Notes: generated by a model not told the origin, from the sequence alone. A DNA stretch of 64,000 nt from Candidatus Omnitrophota bacterium (GCA_025453445.1 JALOQJ010000005.1:136-64135), one strand, 5' to 3'; shown: positions 39,115 through 49,414, counted from the first letter of the stretch. Program-made: numbers and translations.

Positions 39115-39908
39115 AAAAAATGAAAAAAAATGATGCCTTGAAAGAAATTATAGTTAAGAAACAAGAAAAAATCATTTTGGCTAAGCAGCAGATGCCGGAG
39201 GAAGAATTAAAGGCTAAAGTTCAAGGCCTTGCTGTAACACGGCCATTCATTGAGGCAATAAATAAGCCGCGCCAGATCAGCCTGATTGCCGAGATAAAAA
39301 GGGCATCTCCTTCTTGCGGGGTTATCCGCGAAGATTTTAATCCGCAGGCTATCGCTAAAATTTACGAAGAGGCAGGTGCTGCTGCAATTTCTGTATTAAC
39401 TGAAGAGGATTATTTTTTAGGCAGCCTGAATTATCTTTCTGAAGTAAAAAATACAACTGGCTTGCCAGTTTTAAGAAAAGATTTTATTTTAGAGCCGTAT
39501 CAGGTTTATGAATCGCGCCTCGCTGGCGCGGATGCCATACTTTTAATTGCCGATTTACTTTCTAAGGATAAATTAGTTGAGTTGATGCAGATAGCCGAAA
39601 CTTTGGGGCTTGATTGCCTGGTGGAAGTTCATACAGAAAAAGAATTAAAAAAAGTTTTAAATTTAAAAGTGCCTTTAATCGGTATCAACAACCGCGATTT
39701 ACATACACTGGAAGTTGATTTTAAAATTACCGAGAGATTGTTTCCTTTGGTTTCCAAAGATAAAATTATCGTAGTGGAAAGCGGAATTAAGAGCCGTCAG
39801 GATACCTTGTTTTTTAAAATTTTAGGAGTTAATGCCCTCTTGATTGGCGAGGCATTTATGCGCGCAACTGATATCCGCAGGCAAGTCGAAGAAATTATGG
39901 GATGGTAG
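39111..39908 (+). CDS. trpC: Indole-3-glycerol phosphate synthase
   Basis: IAEIKRASPS motif and TIM-barrel length. Confidence 0.9.
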   Translation: MKKMKKNDALKEIIVKKQEKIILAKQQMPEEELKAKVQGLAVTRPFIEAINKPRQISLIAEIKRASPSCGVIREDFNPQAIAKIYEEAGAAAISVLTEEDYFLGSLNYLSEVKNTTGLPVLRKDFILEPYQVYESRLAGADAILLIADLLSKDKLVELMQIAETLGLDCLVEVHTEKELKKVLNLKVPLIGINNRDLHTLEVDFKITERLFPLVSKDKIIVVESGIKSRQDTLFFKILGVNALLIGEAFMRATDIRRQVEEIMGW

Positions 39909-39911
39909 CTG

Positions 39912-40535
39912 ATGATTAAGGTTAAAATTTGCGGGATTACTAATTCAGCTGATGCCCAAGTTTCGGTAAAAGCCGGTTGCGATGCCCTGGGGTTTATATT
40001 TTATAAAAAGAGCCCGCGCTATATCAGTCCTGGCGAAGCCTGTACGATAATCAAAAAAATACCCAGCCGGATTATTAAAATTGGAGTATTCGTTAATAAC
40101 AAAGAGGATTATATAAAACGCATTGCAAAACTTTGCCGGCTGGATATGCTGCAATTCCACGGTAATGAATCAGCGCGGTTCTGCGCTAGTTTTAGAGATT
40201 ATAAGATTATTAAAACTTTCCGCATAAAAGATAAATCCAGCCTGAAAAATATCTTAAAATACAAATTGTTTGCTTATCTTTTTGATACCTATGTTAAGTC
40301 AAAAATAGGCGGTACGGGTAAGGTGTTCAACTGGAAGTTGGTGCGGCATATAAAGGGATTAACCCGGCCGGTGTTTCTTTCGGGCGGGCTAAATGCTGAA
40401 AATGTAAATCGCGCCGTAGCTGTAGTATCTCCGGAATGGGTGGATGCTTCAAGTTCTTTGGAAGCATCTCCCGGTAAAAAGGATCATAAAAAAGTGAAAC
40501 AATTTATTAAGGTAGCAAAGAAATTGAAATCGTGA
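39912..40535 (+). CDS. trpF: Phosphoribosylanthranilate isomerase
   Basis: KICGIT N-terminus and 207-aa length. Confidence 0.85.
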   Translation: MIKVKICGITNSADAQVSVKAGCDALGFIFYKKSPRYISPGEACTIIKKIPSRIIKIGVFVNNKEDYIKRIAKLCRLDMLQFHGNESARFCASFRDYKIIKTFRIKDKSSLKNILKYKLFAYLFDTYVKSKIGGTGKVFNWKLVRHIKGLTRPVFLSGGLNAENVNRAVAVVSPEWVDASSSLEASPGKKDHKKVKQFIKVAKKLKS

Positions 40536-40567
40536 TATACTAAAAAAATTAAGGAGAATTAGCATAG

Positions 40568-41746
40568 ATGTTACCGAATAAAAAAGGATATTTTGGGGAA
40601 TTTGGCGGAAGGTTTGTTCCGGAGACTCTTGTTTATGCCTTGGATGAATTAGAAAAAGTTTATGCCTTGGCAAAGCACGACCGGAGATTCCTTAAGGAGC
40701 TCGATTATTACTTAAAAGAGTATGCCGGTAGGCCGACGCCGCTATATCTGGCAAAAAATCTCAGCAAGTATTTAAAGATTAAGAAGGTTTACCTTAAGAG
40801 AGAAGATCTTTTACATACTGGCGCGCATAAAATTAATAATACCTTGGGTCAAATCCTCTTGGCAGTAAAAATGAAAAAGCCACGTGTGATTGCTGAGACC
40901 GGAGCTGGCCAGCATGGCGTGGCTACGGCTACAGTTGCTGCACTTTTTGGTTTAAAATGCGATGTTTACATGGGCACAGAAGATATCGAAAGGCAGAAGC
41001 CTAACGTTTTTCGGATGAAATTATTAGGTGCTCGGGTAATTCCTGTATCAAGCGGCGCAAGGACGCTAAAAGATGCAATGACTGAGGCTCTGCGTGACTG
41101 GGTAACTAATGTGCGTAATACTCACTATATTATCGGCACAGTTGCCGGGCCGCATCCCTATCCAATGTTAGTGCGCGATTTTCAGTCGGTGCTAGGCAAA
41201 GAAGCAAAAAAACAAATTTTACAAAAAGAAAACAAGCTACCTGATTACTTAGTTGCTTGCGTTGGCGGCGGAAGTAATGCTATGGGGTTGTTCTATCCTT
41301 TTTTTAATGATAAATCCGTAAAATTCATTGGTGTGGAAGCAGGAGGCAGAAGTATGGGGGAAGGAGAGCATGCGGCGACTTTGGTTGTCGGCAAGATTGG
41401 CGTGCTACACGGTACAAAGTCAAATTTACTGGAGGATAAATTCGGCCAAGTTAATCTCACGCATTCTATCTCTGCAGGGCTTGATTACCCGGGCGTTGGG
41501 CCGGAACATGCTTTTTATAATAAAACCGGCAGGGCAAAATATGTTTCGGTTAATGATAAAGAGGCTTTAGAAGGGTTTGAGCTGCTGGCAAAATTAGAAG
41601 GGATTATTCCTGCTCTGGAATCAGCGCATGCAATTGCCTATTTAAAGAAGATGGCAAAACGCGCCAGAAATTCTACGGTAATAGTTTGTCTTTCCGGCAG
41701 AGGAGACAAAGATTTAGGGATAGTAACGCAGAGATTAAAAGTATGA
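40568..41746 (+). CDS. trpB: Tryptophan synthase beta chain
   Basis: PLP motif HTGAHKINN and the GGGSNA motif. Confidence 0.95.
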   Translation: MLPNKKGYFGEFGGRFVPETLVYALDELEKVYALAKHDRRFLKELDYYLKEYAGRPTPLYLAKNLSKYLKIKKVYLKREDLLHTGAHKINNTLGQILLAVKMKKPRVIAETGAGQHGVATATVAALFGLKCDVYMGTEDIERQKPNVFRMKLLGARVIPVSSGARTLKDAMTEALRDWVTNVRNTHYIIGTVAGPHPYPMLVRDFQSVLGKEAKKQILQKENKLPDYLVACVGGGSNAMGLFYPFFNDKSVKFIGVEAGGRSMGEGEHAATLVVGKIGVLHGTKSNLLEDKFGQVNLTHSISAGLDYPGVGPEHAFYNKTGRAKYVSVNDKEALEGFELLAKLEGIIPALESAHAIAYLKKMAKRARNSTVIVCLSGRGDKDLGIVTQRLKV

Positions 41747-42531
41747 ACCGTATCGAAACTAAATTTAAGCAATTAAGGAAAACCAAAGAAAAAGCTTTTA
41801 TTGCTTTTATCACCGCAGGTTACCCCAGCCTTGAGGCAACTTATAAATTAGTCCTGGAATTTGCCAAGTCTGACGTGGATATCGTAGAATTAGGCGTGCC
41901 GTTTTCCGATCCTATTGCCGATGGGACGGTAATCCAGGAGTCGTCGCAGGCAGCACTGAAAAAAAAAGTAAATCTTAATGATATCCTGCGGCTGGTGAAG
42001 CGTTTGAGGCAGCATACTGATATCCCGCTTTGCCTGATGACTTATTACAATCCCGTGTTTTGTTTTGGGGAAGAAAAGTTTATCAAGGCGGCAAAAGCTG
42101 CAGGTGTAGACGGTATTATTGTGCCGGATCTTTTGCCTGAAGACGGCAGGCAGTTAACAAAACTGGTAAATAAATTTCAAATAGATAATATCCTGTTTAT
42201 TTCGCCCACTACTTCAAAAGCAAGGATGAAGTATATTGCTTCTTTGTCAAAAGGTTTTATTTATTATGTATCTCTGACCGGTATAACCGGCGCGCGCCAG
42301 TCTTTGGCTGCGGATTTAAAAAGCAATCTTAAGGCGATTAAAAATATTACTTCCAAACCCGTTTGCGTTGGGTTTGGAATTTCTACTCCAGCACAAGTAA
42401 GAGAAGTATCTGGTATCTGCGACGGAGTAATTGTTGGGAGTGCTATTGTAAAGAAAATCAGAGAGAATATTAAAAATCCCCGTTTAACAAAAATTATTGG
42501 CAACTTTGTATCCCGCTTAGCAAATGTATAA
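41743..42531 (+). CDS. trpA: Tryptophan synthase alpha chain
   Basis: ATGA overlap with the trpB stop. The N-terminus reads [11 protein letters not shown]...FITAGYP. Confidence 0.9.
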   Translation: MNRIETKFKQLRKTKEKAFIAFITAGYPSLEATYKLVLEFAKSDVDIVELGVPFSDPIADGTVIQESSQAALKKKVNLNDILRLVKRLRQHTDIPLCLMTYYNPVFCFGEEKFIKAAKAAGVDGIIVPDLLPEDGRQLTKLVNKFQIDNILFISPTTSKARMKYIASLSKGFIYYVSLTGITGARQSLAADLKSNLKAIKNITSKPVCVGFGISTPAQVREVSGICDGVIVGSAIVKKIRENIKNPRLTKIIGNFVSRLANV

Positions 42532-43792
42532 AAAAACCAAATTAAGCAACGGGCTAAAGGTGATTACTCACCGCATGCCGTCTAAGCAATCAGTATCCCT
42601 GGGTATCTGGATCAAAACAGGCGGAAGGTATGAGCCTGCGCAGGTTAAGGGGGTTGCGCATTTTATCGAGCATTTGCTTTTCAAGGGCAGTAAAAAATAT
42701 TCCTGCCGTAAGATTAAAGAATCAATCGAGGGTATAGGCGGTTCATTGAACGGTTTTACTTCAGAAGAGGTTACCTGCTATTTGGTAAAAATTCCTGCAA
42801 CGTATCTTAATCTGGCGATGGATATTCTCTCAGACATGGTAATTAATCCGTTATTTCTTCCGGCTGATATCGAAAAAGAGCGCACAGTAATCCTGGAAGA
42901 AATAAAAATGTATAAAGACCTTCCACAAAGCTACGTCCATGAATTACTCGATGGACTAATGTGGCCAAAACAGCCGTTAGGGGAAAGTATCCTCGGTACT
43001 TTTGAAACTATCTTACGGATGAAAAAAAATGATTTAGCAACATTTAAGAAGCAATATTATACACCGCCTAATATTGTGCTTAGCGCAGCAGGTGCTTTAG
43101 ACCACTCCCAGCTGGTTAGCAGGGCAAGGCATATTTTTTCCGGGCGTTGCGAAAAAAAGATGAACGGGTTTTTAAAGGCTGAAGAAATACAAGTTAAGCC
43201 ACAGCTGGAGATATTTTACAAAGAGACAGAGCAGGCGCATTTAGCTTTGGGTTTCCATAGTTTTAAAAGGGGGCATCCTTTAAAACATGCCCTGGGCCTG
43301 TTAAATATAATTTTAGGCGGTAATATGTCCAGTCGGCTTTTTAATGAAGTAAGGGAAAAAAGGGGTTTAAGTTATGAAATCGGCACACAGCTAAAACGTT
43401 TTGAAGACACCGGGGCATTTCTGGTGCATGCCGGCATGGATAATAAAAAAGTTATCCCGGCAATAAAATTGATTTTAGAAGAGTTGTCAAGGGCAAAAGC
43501 AAAGGTAGTTACTGAAGATGAATTCCGACGGGCAAAAGATTTCTATCTCGGGCAGTTGATGCTTGCTTTGGAAGATACAATGGATAGCATGCTCTGGATC
43601 GGCGAGACTACTGTTGCTTTAGATAAGGCCTATACTTTGGAAGAAATAATCAAGGAAGTCAGGTCTGTGAAGCGGCATGATTTGCAGGAAGCAGCAAAAC
43701 AGGTTTTTAAAGAAAATAATTTGAACCTGGCTTTAATCGGCCCGCTGAAAAATAAAGAAGCAGAGATATCGGGTATCTTGAGGCTAAATTAA
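42524..43792 (+). CDS. M16-family zinc peptidase (pitrilysin-like)
   Basis: HFIEHLLFKG inverted zinc motif (HxxEH). Confidence 0.85.
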   Translation: MYKKTKLSNGLKVITHRMPSKQSVSLGIWIKTGGRYEPAQVKGVAHFIEHLLFKGSKKYSCRKIKESIEGIGGSLNGFTSEEVTCYLVKIPATYLNLAMDILSDMVINPLFLPADIEKERTVILEEIKMYKDLPQSYVHELLDGLMWPKQPLGESILGTFETILRMKKNDLATFKKQYYTPPNIVLSAAGALDHSQLVSRARHIFSGRCEKKMNGFLKAEEIQVKPQLEIFYKETEQAHLALGFHSFKRGHPLKHALGLLNIILGGNMSSRLFNEVREKRGLSYEIGTQLKRFEDTGAFLVHAGMDNKKVIPAIKLILEELSRAKAKVVTEDEFRRAKDFYLGQLMLALEDTMDSMLWIGETTVALDKAYTLEEIIKEVRSVKRHDLQEAAKQVFKENNLNLALIGPLKNKEAEISGILRLN

Positions 43793-43795
43793 ACT

Positions 43796-44818
43796 ATGGA
43801 TTCTATAATGTCTTTACCGGCTATCATTATATTATTTATTATACTTACGCTGCTTTCATTCTTTTTTTCTTCTTCTGAAACTTCTATTATTGGTTTAAGT
43901 AAGATCCGCCTGCGCCATATGCTTTCCCGCGGGGTCAAGGGCGCGCAGAGTATCCAGCGTTTGATGTCTAACCTGGATAAGTTTATCGTAGCAATACTCG
44001 TGGGCAATAATTTTGTCAATATTGCCATGTCCAGTATTGCTACCGGAATTTGTGTGCTTATCTTTGGCTATAAATGGGGTATTCTTATTGCCAGCCTTAG
44101 CACGGCATTTTTTGTATTAATTTTTTGCGAAATAACCCCAAAGATTTTAGCGATTAAACATACGGAAAGATTCGCCTTATTCGTTGCGCCGATAATGGAG
44201 TTATTCATTAAAATATTTAATCCGGTAATTTCTCTTTTTACCGGTGCCAGCGACCTTCTGCTGAAGCTTTTGAGGATAAAACCTGGGAAGCGCTCGCCTT
44301 TGATTACCGAGGAAGAATTGCGTTTAATGATAGAGCTGGGCAAAGAAGAAGGTTTTTTAAGTGTCGAAGAAGGGAAAATGTTGCAGCGTATTTTTGAGTT
44401 CGGCGATACTAAGGTAAAAGATGTGATGGTGCCTAAAGATAAGATTATCGCGGTGGATATTAATACGACTTCTGAGGCATTATTGAATATTTTTGTGGAA
44501 GAAGGGCATGCCCGGCTGCCGGTTTATAAAGGTACGCCGGATAATATTGTGGGAATAGTTTATGCCCACGATCTATTGTATATACTTAAAGATAAGGGGT
44601 TATTTCTGCTGCAGGATCTGTTACACGAGGTATATTATATATCTTTAGAAACGCCGGTGCATGAGGTATTAAAGAAATTCCAAGCGGATAAGGTGCAAAT
44701 TGCCATTGTGGCTGATAAGCATAATAAAACCCAGGGGTTAGTAACACTAGAAGACCTCACCGAAGAAATTGTCGGGGAAGTTGAAGAGAAGCATATAAGG
44801 CATAATACTCATAAATGA
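43796..44818 (+). CDS. CNNM/CorC/HlyC-family protein (DUF21 transmembrane domain plus CBS pair)
   Basis: Four TM helices at the N-terminus, followed by CBS domains. Confidence 0.85.
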   Translation: MDSIMSLPAIIILFIILTLLSFFFSSSETSIIGLSKIRLRHMLSRGVKGAQSIQRLMSNLDKFIVAILVGNNFVNIAMSSIATGICVLIFGYKWGILIASLSTAFFVLIFCEITPKILAIKHTERFALFVAPIMELFIKIFNPVISLFTGASDLLLKLLRIKPGKRSPLITEEELRLMIELGKEEGFLSVEEGKMLQRIFEFGDTKVKDVMVPKDKIIAVDINTTSEALLNIFVEEGHARLPVYKGTPDNIVGIVYAHDLLYILKDKGLFLLQDLLHEVYYISLETPVHEVLKKFQADKVQIAIVADKHNKTQGLVTLEDLTEEIVGEVEEKHIRHNTHK

Positions 44819-44830
44819 CCCCTGAAATTA

Positions 44831-44859
44831 TTGACAGAGTGTTTAACCTGTGGTAATAT
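44831..44859 (+). promoter_or_regulatory. Consensus sigma70-type promoter (ttgaca-N17-taatat)
   Basis: Read from the sequence. It sits about 35 nt upstream of a strong AAAGGAGGAG RBS. Confidence 0.5.
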
Positions 44860-44894
44860 AACTTTCATATCGGAAGTTAAAAAGGAGGAGTAGA

Positions 44895-45044
44895 ATGGCA
44901 GAAAAGGGATATTGTGTAAAATGTAAGGATAAAAGAGAAATAAAAGACGAACAGAAAGTTACGATGAAAAACGGCCGTGCAGCAGTGAAGGGCAAATGCC
45001 CGGAATGCGGCACTGGTATGTATAAGATTTTAGGCAAAAAATAA
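44895..45044 (+). CDS. Small 49-aa zinc-ribbon protein (CVKC...CPECG), absent from the ORF table
   Basis: Strong RBS, the consensus promoter upstream, and two CxxC pairs. Confidence 0.55.
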   Translation: MAEKGYCVKCKDKREIKDEQKVTMKNGRAAVKGKCPECGTGMYKILGKK

Positions 45045-45131
45045 TCCTCGGTAAAGTTATAGTATGATTCCACAGATAAAAAACAGATTGCACAGATTCT
45101 AAACGAAATCTGTGAAATCAGCACTTAATCT

Positions 45132-45569
45132 GTGAAATTATTTTTAAAAGAGGAAGTACCAATAGAAACTAAAAAATTAGCCCTGCGTATTGCAGCAATT
45201 GTGAAGGAGAAAAAAGGCGAGGATGTAGTTGTTTTGGATATGCGGCCTCAGGCAAGTTTTTGCGATTATTTTGTGATCGTAAGCGCCAATTCCTTAAGGC
45301 AAGTTAATGCAATCGCGCAAGCAATAGCAGAAGATTTATCGAAAGTTCGAATAAAACCTCTCTCAAAGGCTTTGTCGGCAGATGAGTCCGGCTGGATAGC
45401 CATGGATTTCTCAAGCGTAGTAGCGCATATATTTTATAAGCCGATGAGAGAGTTTTATTCTTTAGAGCGCCTGTGGTCCGACGCAAAAAGAGTTAGAATT
45501 GAAAAAAAATATTCAAGACCTGTTAATCCCCGTAATAAAAAAGTCACTAGAAAACTTAGGGCTAGCTGA
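45132..45569 (+). CDS. rsfS: Ribosomal silencing factor RsfS (Iojap family)
   Basis: Central motif ...VVLDMRPQASFCDYFVIVSANS.... The true start may be downstream of 45132. Confidence 0.8.
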   Translation: MKLFLKEEVPIETKKLALRIAAIVKEKKGEDVVVLDMRPQASFCDYFVIVSANSLRQVNAIAQAIAEDLSKVRIKPLSKALSADESGWIAMDFSSVVAHIFYKPMREFYSLERLWSDAKRVRIEKKYSRPVNPRNKKVTRKLRAS

Positions 45570-47127
45570 AGGCTTAACCTCGGAAATAATCCTCGATTTT
45601 CCCACTGACGCGCATTTCGGCGAATTATCCACAAGCCTACCTTTAAAATTAGCCAAGGCATTTAAAAAATCTCCGGTTAAAATCGCCAAGGAATTAACCG
45701 ATATTATTAAAAGCGAATTGGAAAAAAACAACCTGGCTAAGTATATCCGGGAAATTAAAGTTGAGGGAGCGGGGTTTATTAATTTCTATTTCAGCAATGT
45801 TTTCTTTCATGAATATCTGCAGGGTGTGTTAATTAATAAAGAAAAATCATTTCAGCCTAATCTGGGAGCTGGAAAGCGTGTTTTAATCGAATTTGTCAGC
45901 GCTAATCCTACCGGGCCTTTGTCCGTGGCTCATGCACGCCAGGCAGTTGTCGGAGATGTCCTGGCAAATATCCTTTCTTTTTTAGGATTTATTGTAGAAA
46001 AAGAATATTACCTGAATGATGAAGGAAATCAGATTAACATCCTTGCTGCTTCCACGGGTTTAAGGATGCGTGAATTGCAGGGGGAGGCTATTAATTATTA
46101 TCAGGGCGATTATATCAAGGATATTGCCGCAGGTATGCTTAAGCGTGGAATTAAGATTGAAGATTCTCCTGATTATCCGGCGGATTATATTTTAAAAATT
46201 ATCCGGCAGGAATTGGATGATTTTGGAGTGAAGTTTGATACTTGGTTTAGCCAAAAATCATTAGGCGCAAGCAACAGGATTAAAAAGACGCTGGATTTAT
46301 TAAAACAGAAGGGTTTTCTTTACGAAGAAGATAGCGCGCTTTGGTTTAAGTCTACTCAGTTTGGAGACGATAAAGACAGGGTAGTAATTAAAAGTGATGG
46401 CAGCTATACGTATCTGGCGCCGGATATTGCTTATCATGAAGATAAGTACAAGCGTGGTTTTGACTGGTTGATTAACCTCTGGGGCCCAGATCATCACGGA
46501 TATATTAATCGTCTGAAGGCTTCGGTTCAGGCACTTGGTAAAGATGCCAAATCGCTTTCAATTATAATCGTGCAGCTGGCAACAATTTTTCGCAGCGGTG
46601 TGCCGGTGCAGATGTCTACACGCCGCGGCCAGTATATCACCTTAAGGGAAGTGTTGAACGAAGTCGGGCCTGATGCAGCAAGGTTCTTTTTTGTGATGCG
46701 CCGCACTGCAAGCCATCTGGATTTTGATTTGGAAGTTGCCAAGAAACAAACTTCGGAAAATCCCGTCTATTACGTGCAATATGCTTATGCTAGAATCTGC
46801 AGTATTTTGCGCAATAATCCTTCTGGAGCCAAGCCCGTGGATGCGGATCTGGCACTGTTAAAAGAAAAAGAAGAAATTGAGTTGATTAAGAAACTTTGGC
46901 AGTTTCCGCATATCCTGCATATGTGCCTTGTAACCGAAGATCCTTATATGCTGACAGTTTATTTGCAGGAAGCAGCAGAGTATTACCACAAATTTTATGA
47001 CTTACATCGCGTCTTAGGCGAAGATGAAAAATTGACGCAAGCCCGGCTTGCGCTTTGCGAAGCAACTAGAATAGTGATTGCTGTTGGGTTAGAGCTGTTG
47101 GGTATTGCCCGTCCGGAGAAGATGTAA
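45499..47127 (+). CDS. argS: Arginyl-tRNA synthetase
   Basis: Class I HIGH-type motif, KMSTR (MSTRRGQ), and a C-terminal DALR domain. Confidence 0.95.
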   Translation: MKKNIQDLLIPVIKKSLENLGLAEGLTSEIILDFPTDAHFGELSTSLPLKLAKAFKKSPVKIAKELTDIIKSELEKNNLAKYIREIKVEGAGFINFYFSNVFFHEYLQGVLINKEKSFQPNLGAGKRVLIEFVSANPTGPLSVAHARQAVVGDVLANILSFLGFIVEKEYYLNDEGNQINILAASTGLRMRELQGEAINYYQGDYIKDIAAGMLKRGIKIEDSPDYPADYILKIIRQELDDFGVKFDTWFSQKSLGASNRIKKTLDLLKQKGFLYEEDSALWFKSTQFGDDKDRVVIKSDGSYTYLAPDIAYHEDKYKRGFDWLINLWGPDHHGYINRLKASVQALGKDAKSLSIIIVQLATIFRSGVPVQMSTRRGQYITLREVLNEVGPDAARFFFVMRRTASHLDFDLEVAKKQTSENPVYYVQYAYARICSILRNNPSGAKPVDADLALLKEKEEIELIKKLWQFPHILHMCLVTEDPYMLTVYLQEAAEYYHKFYDLHRVLGEDEKLTQARLALCEATRIVIAVGLELLGIARPEKM

Positions 47128-47131
47128 GTGA

Positions 47132-47289
47132 GTGCACAATTTACGGAACGAAGTGAACGTAAATTGTATGCACGAACTTACCCCACACCCAGGCAGCAGA
47201 ATAAAAAGCTAATGTTTTCTGGGTGTGGGGTTAATTCGCACAGCGACTTATGTTCATCCGCTTTTAGCGGATTCCATAAGTCGCGTGCT
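47132..47289 (+). repeat. Three-hairpin intergenic element, copy 1 (argS-recJ spacer)
   Basis: Hairpin 1 is gtgcacaatttacg...cgtaaattgtatgcac. Hairpin 2 is ccccacacccag-N26-ctgggtgtgggg. Hairpin 3 is gcacagcgacttatg-(atccgct-ttt-agcggat)-cataagtcgcgtgc. Confidence 0.75.
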
Positions 47290-47295
47290 CATTAA

Positions 47296-48984
47296 ATGCA
47301 AAGCCATAAAATCCTCAATATTCATTCCCTTCATAGTAAACTTCAGGATACTCTAAGTAAAGAATTAAAAATTTCCAAAGTCCTGGCTCAGGTATTAATT
47401 AACCGCGGGATTAAGTCTATCCAAGAAGCCGAAGAATTTCTTAAAATTGACCCCAAAAACCTCATCGATCCATATTCTTTTCGTCATATGCATACAGCAG
47501 TGAGCCTGATAAAAAAAGCGCTTAAAGATCAAGAAAAAGTCATGCTCTGCGGCGATTATGATGTAGATGGCATTACTTCTTTGGCTTTGTTAAAAGGCAC
47601 TTTTTCAAAACTCGGGTTGGATACTTTACATTATATACCTCACCGGGTGAAAGACGGCTATGGCCTGAATAAAACAGCTGTGGAGCTTGCCCGGCAAAAA
47701 AAAGTTAAGCTGTTGATTACTGTTGACAGCGGCACTACCAGTTTTTCCGAAGTAGAGGAATTAAGGAGATCCGGCATAGAAGTAATCATTACTGATCATC
47801 ATGAGCCGGCGCATGATAGGCTTCCTGATGCCTCAGCGATTATCAATCCAAAAATAAAAGGTTCTGCTTATAAATTTAAGGAATTAGCCGGAGTAGGGGT
47901 GGCTTATAAATTATGCCAGGCTCTGACAAATAAAGTATTGGCTGAAGAGCTGGATTTGGTGGCTCTGGGAACAATTGCTGATGTGGTTTCTTTGACCGGA
48001 GAAAACCGGATTATCGCAAAATTAGGCTTGGAATGCCTTTCTAATACAAAAAGAATCGGGATTAAATCGCTGGTAGAAGCAAGCCGCTTGCGCAGCAAAG
48101 AAATTAATTCGACTTTTGTCAGTTTTATTCTCGGGCCGCGGCTGAATGCCAGCGGCAGAATGGATTCTGCAGAAGCTTCTTTAAATCTTTTGCTTAGCCA
48201 GGATAAGGAGGAGGCAGATATACTTGCTAAGTCCATTGATGCCTTAAACCGCCAGCGCCAAAAAATAGAAAGCGGCATTTTAGAAGAGGCACATGATTTA
48301 ATCAGCCGTGAAGTAAATTTTAAAGACCATAAAATAATCGTTGTTGCCAAAGAAGGCTGGCATCAGGGTGTTTTGGGGATTGTTGCTTCTAAACTGGCAG
48401 ATAAATTCTTCAGGCCTACGATAGTTATTTCATTGAGCGAAAATTTGTGCAAAGGCTCGGGCCGTTCGATAAAAAATTTCCATCTTTTTCATGCTTTGCG
48501 GGATTGCGCTGAACATCTGGAAAGTTTTGGCGGGCATGCTCACGCTGTCGGCTTGATAGTTTCCAGGGGCAATATTGAAAATTTTAAAAAAGAAATTAAC
48601 CGGCTGGCAAAAGAAAGATTAAGAGTAGAGGATTTACTGCCGAGTGTTGATATAGATATGGAGCTGAGCCTTGCTGATTTAAGCAGCTCACTGGCTCAGG
48701 AGTTGCAAACTTTGGAGCCTTTTGGCACAGGTAACCGCGAGCCGTTATTTTATAGCCGCAACCTTAAGCTAAAAGGCGAGCCGCAGGTCTTAAGCCGCGA
48801 TACTTTGAAGTTCTGGGTTACCGATGAAGAGATTACTTATCCTGTGATTGGTTTTGGCATGGCAAGTTTCAAAGAAAGCCTGATAAATGCCGCTTCTTTG
48901 GATTTGGTTTATATATTGGGAATTGATACCTGGCAAGGCGATGAAAGCATAATTCTGGAAGCCAAAGATATATTCTTTAAATAA
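47296..48984 (+). CDS. recJ: Single-stranded-DNA-specific exonuclease RecJ
   Basis: DHH motifs (GDYDVDG, DHH) and the DHHA1 domain. Confidence 0.9.
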   Translation: MQSHKILNIHSLHSKLQDTLSKELKISKVLAQVLINRGIKSIQEAEEFLKIDPKNLIDPYSFRHMHTAVSLIKKALKDQEKVMLCGDYDVDGITSLALLKGTFSKLGLDTLHYIPHRVKDGYGLNKTAVELARQKKVKLLITVDSGTTSFSEVEELRRSGIEVIITDHHEPAHDRLPDASAIINPKIKGSAYKFKELAGVGVAYKLCQALTNKVLAEELDLVALGTIADVVSLTGENRIIAKLGLECLSNTKRIGIKSLVEASRLRSKEINSTFVSFILGPRLNASGRMDSAEASLNLLLSQDKEEADILAKSIDALNRQRQKIESGILEEAHDLISREVNFKDHKIIVVAKEGWHQGVLGIVASKLADKFFRPTIVISLSENLCKGSGRSIKNFHLFHALRDCAEHLESFGGHAHAVGLIVSRGNIENFKKEINRLAKERLRVEDLLPSVDIDMELSLADLSSSLAQELQTLEPFGTGNREPLFYSRNLKLKGEPQVLSRDTLKFWVTDEEITYPVIGFGMASFKESLINAASLDLVYILGIDTWQGDESIILEAKDIFFK

Positions 48985-48986
48985 AA

Positions 48987-49214
48987 TTACGCTCGGGTAA
49001 TTGCGCCTTTTTTGATGCACTTAGTGCAGAGAAAAACTTTTTTCGCACGGCCGTTTACAAGGATACGCATTCTTTGCAGGTTAGGCAGAAACTTACGTAT
49101 GTTCCTGCGGCTGATTTTACTTCCTGTTCCGCCTTTTTTCTTGGCAAGGCCTTTACGCACTAAAATTTTTCCTGCAACCGCTTTTTTACCGCATATATGG
49201 CATATTTTTAACAT
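48987..49214 (-). CDS. rpmB: 50S ribosomal protein L28
   Basis: RRNIRKFLPNLQRMRI...VFLCTKCIKKG matches bL28, and an AAGGAGTA RBS lies on the - strand. Confidence 0.9.
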   Translation of the reverse strand: MLKICHICGKKAVAGKILVRKGLAKKKGGTGSKISRRNIRKFLPNLQRMRILVNGRAKKVFLCTKCIKKGAITRA

Positions 49215-49239
49215 TTTTAATTACTCCTTTAATGAGCAG

Positions 49240-49414
49240 ATAATTTACGGAGCGAAAGCGACGTAAATTATAGCTACTGTTAATTAAATGATTATCAGCG
49301 TCTGCGAATTAAACCCCACACCCAGCTACATTGAAATCTTTTATTTAGTATCTGGGTGTGTGGGTCAAATTCAGGCATACAACTTCCGTTCGCTTGCGCT
49401 CCGTAAGTTGTGCC
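49240..49414 (+). repeat. Three-hairpin intergenic element, copy 2 (rpmB divergent spacer)
   Basis: Same three-hairpin architecture as 47132, with compensatory changes in the hairpin 1 arms (cacaatttacg becomes ataatttacg). Hairpin 2 again has the ccccacacccag/ctgggtgtgtggg stem. Confidence 0.75.
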
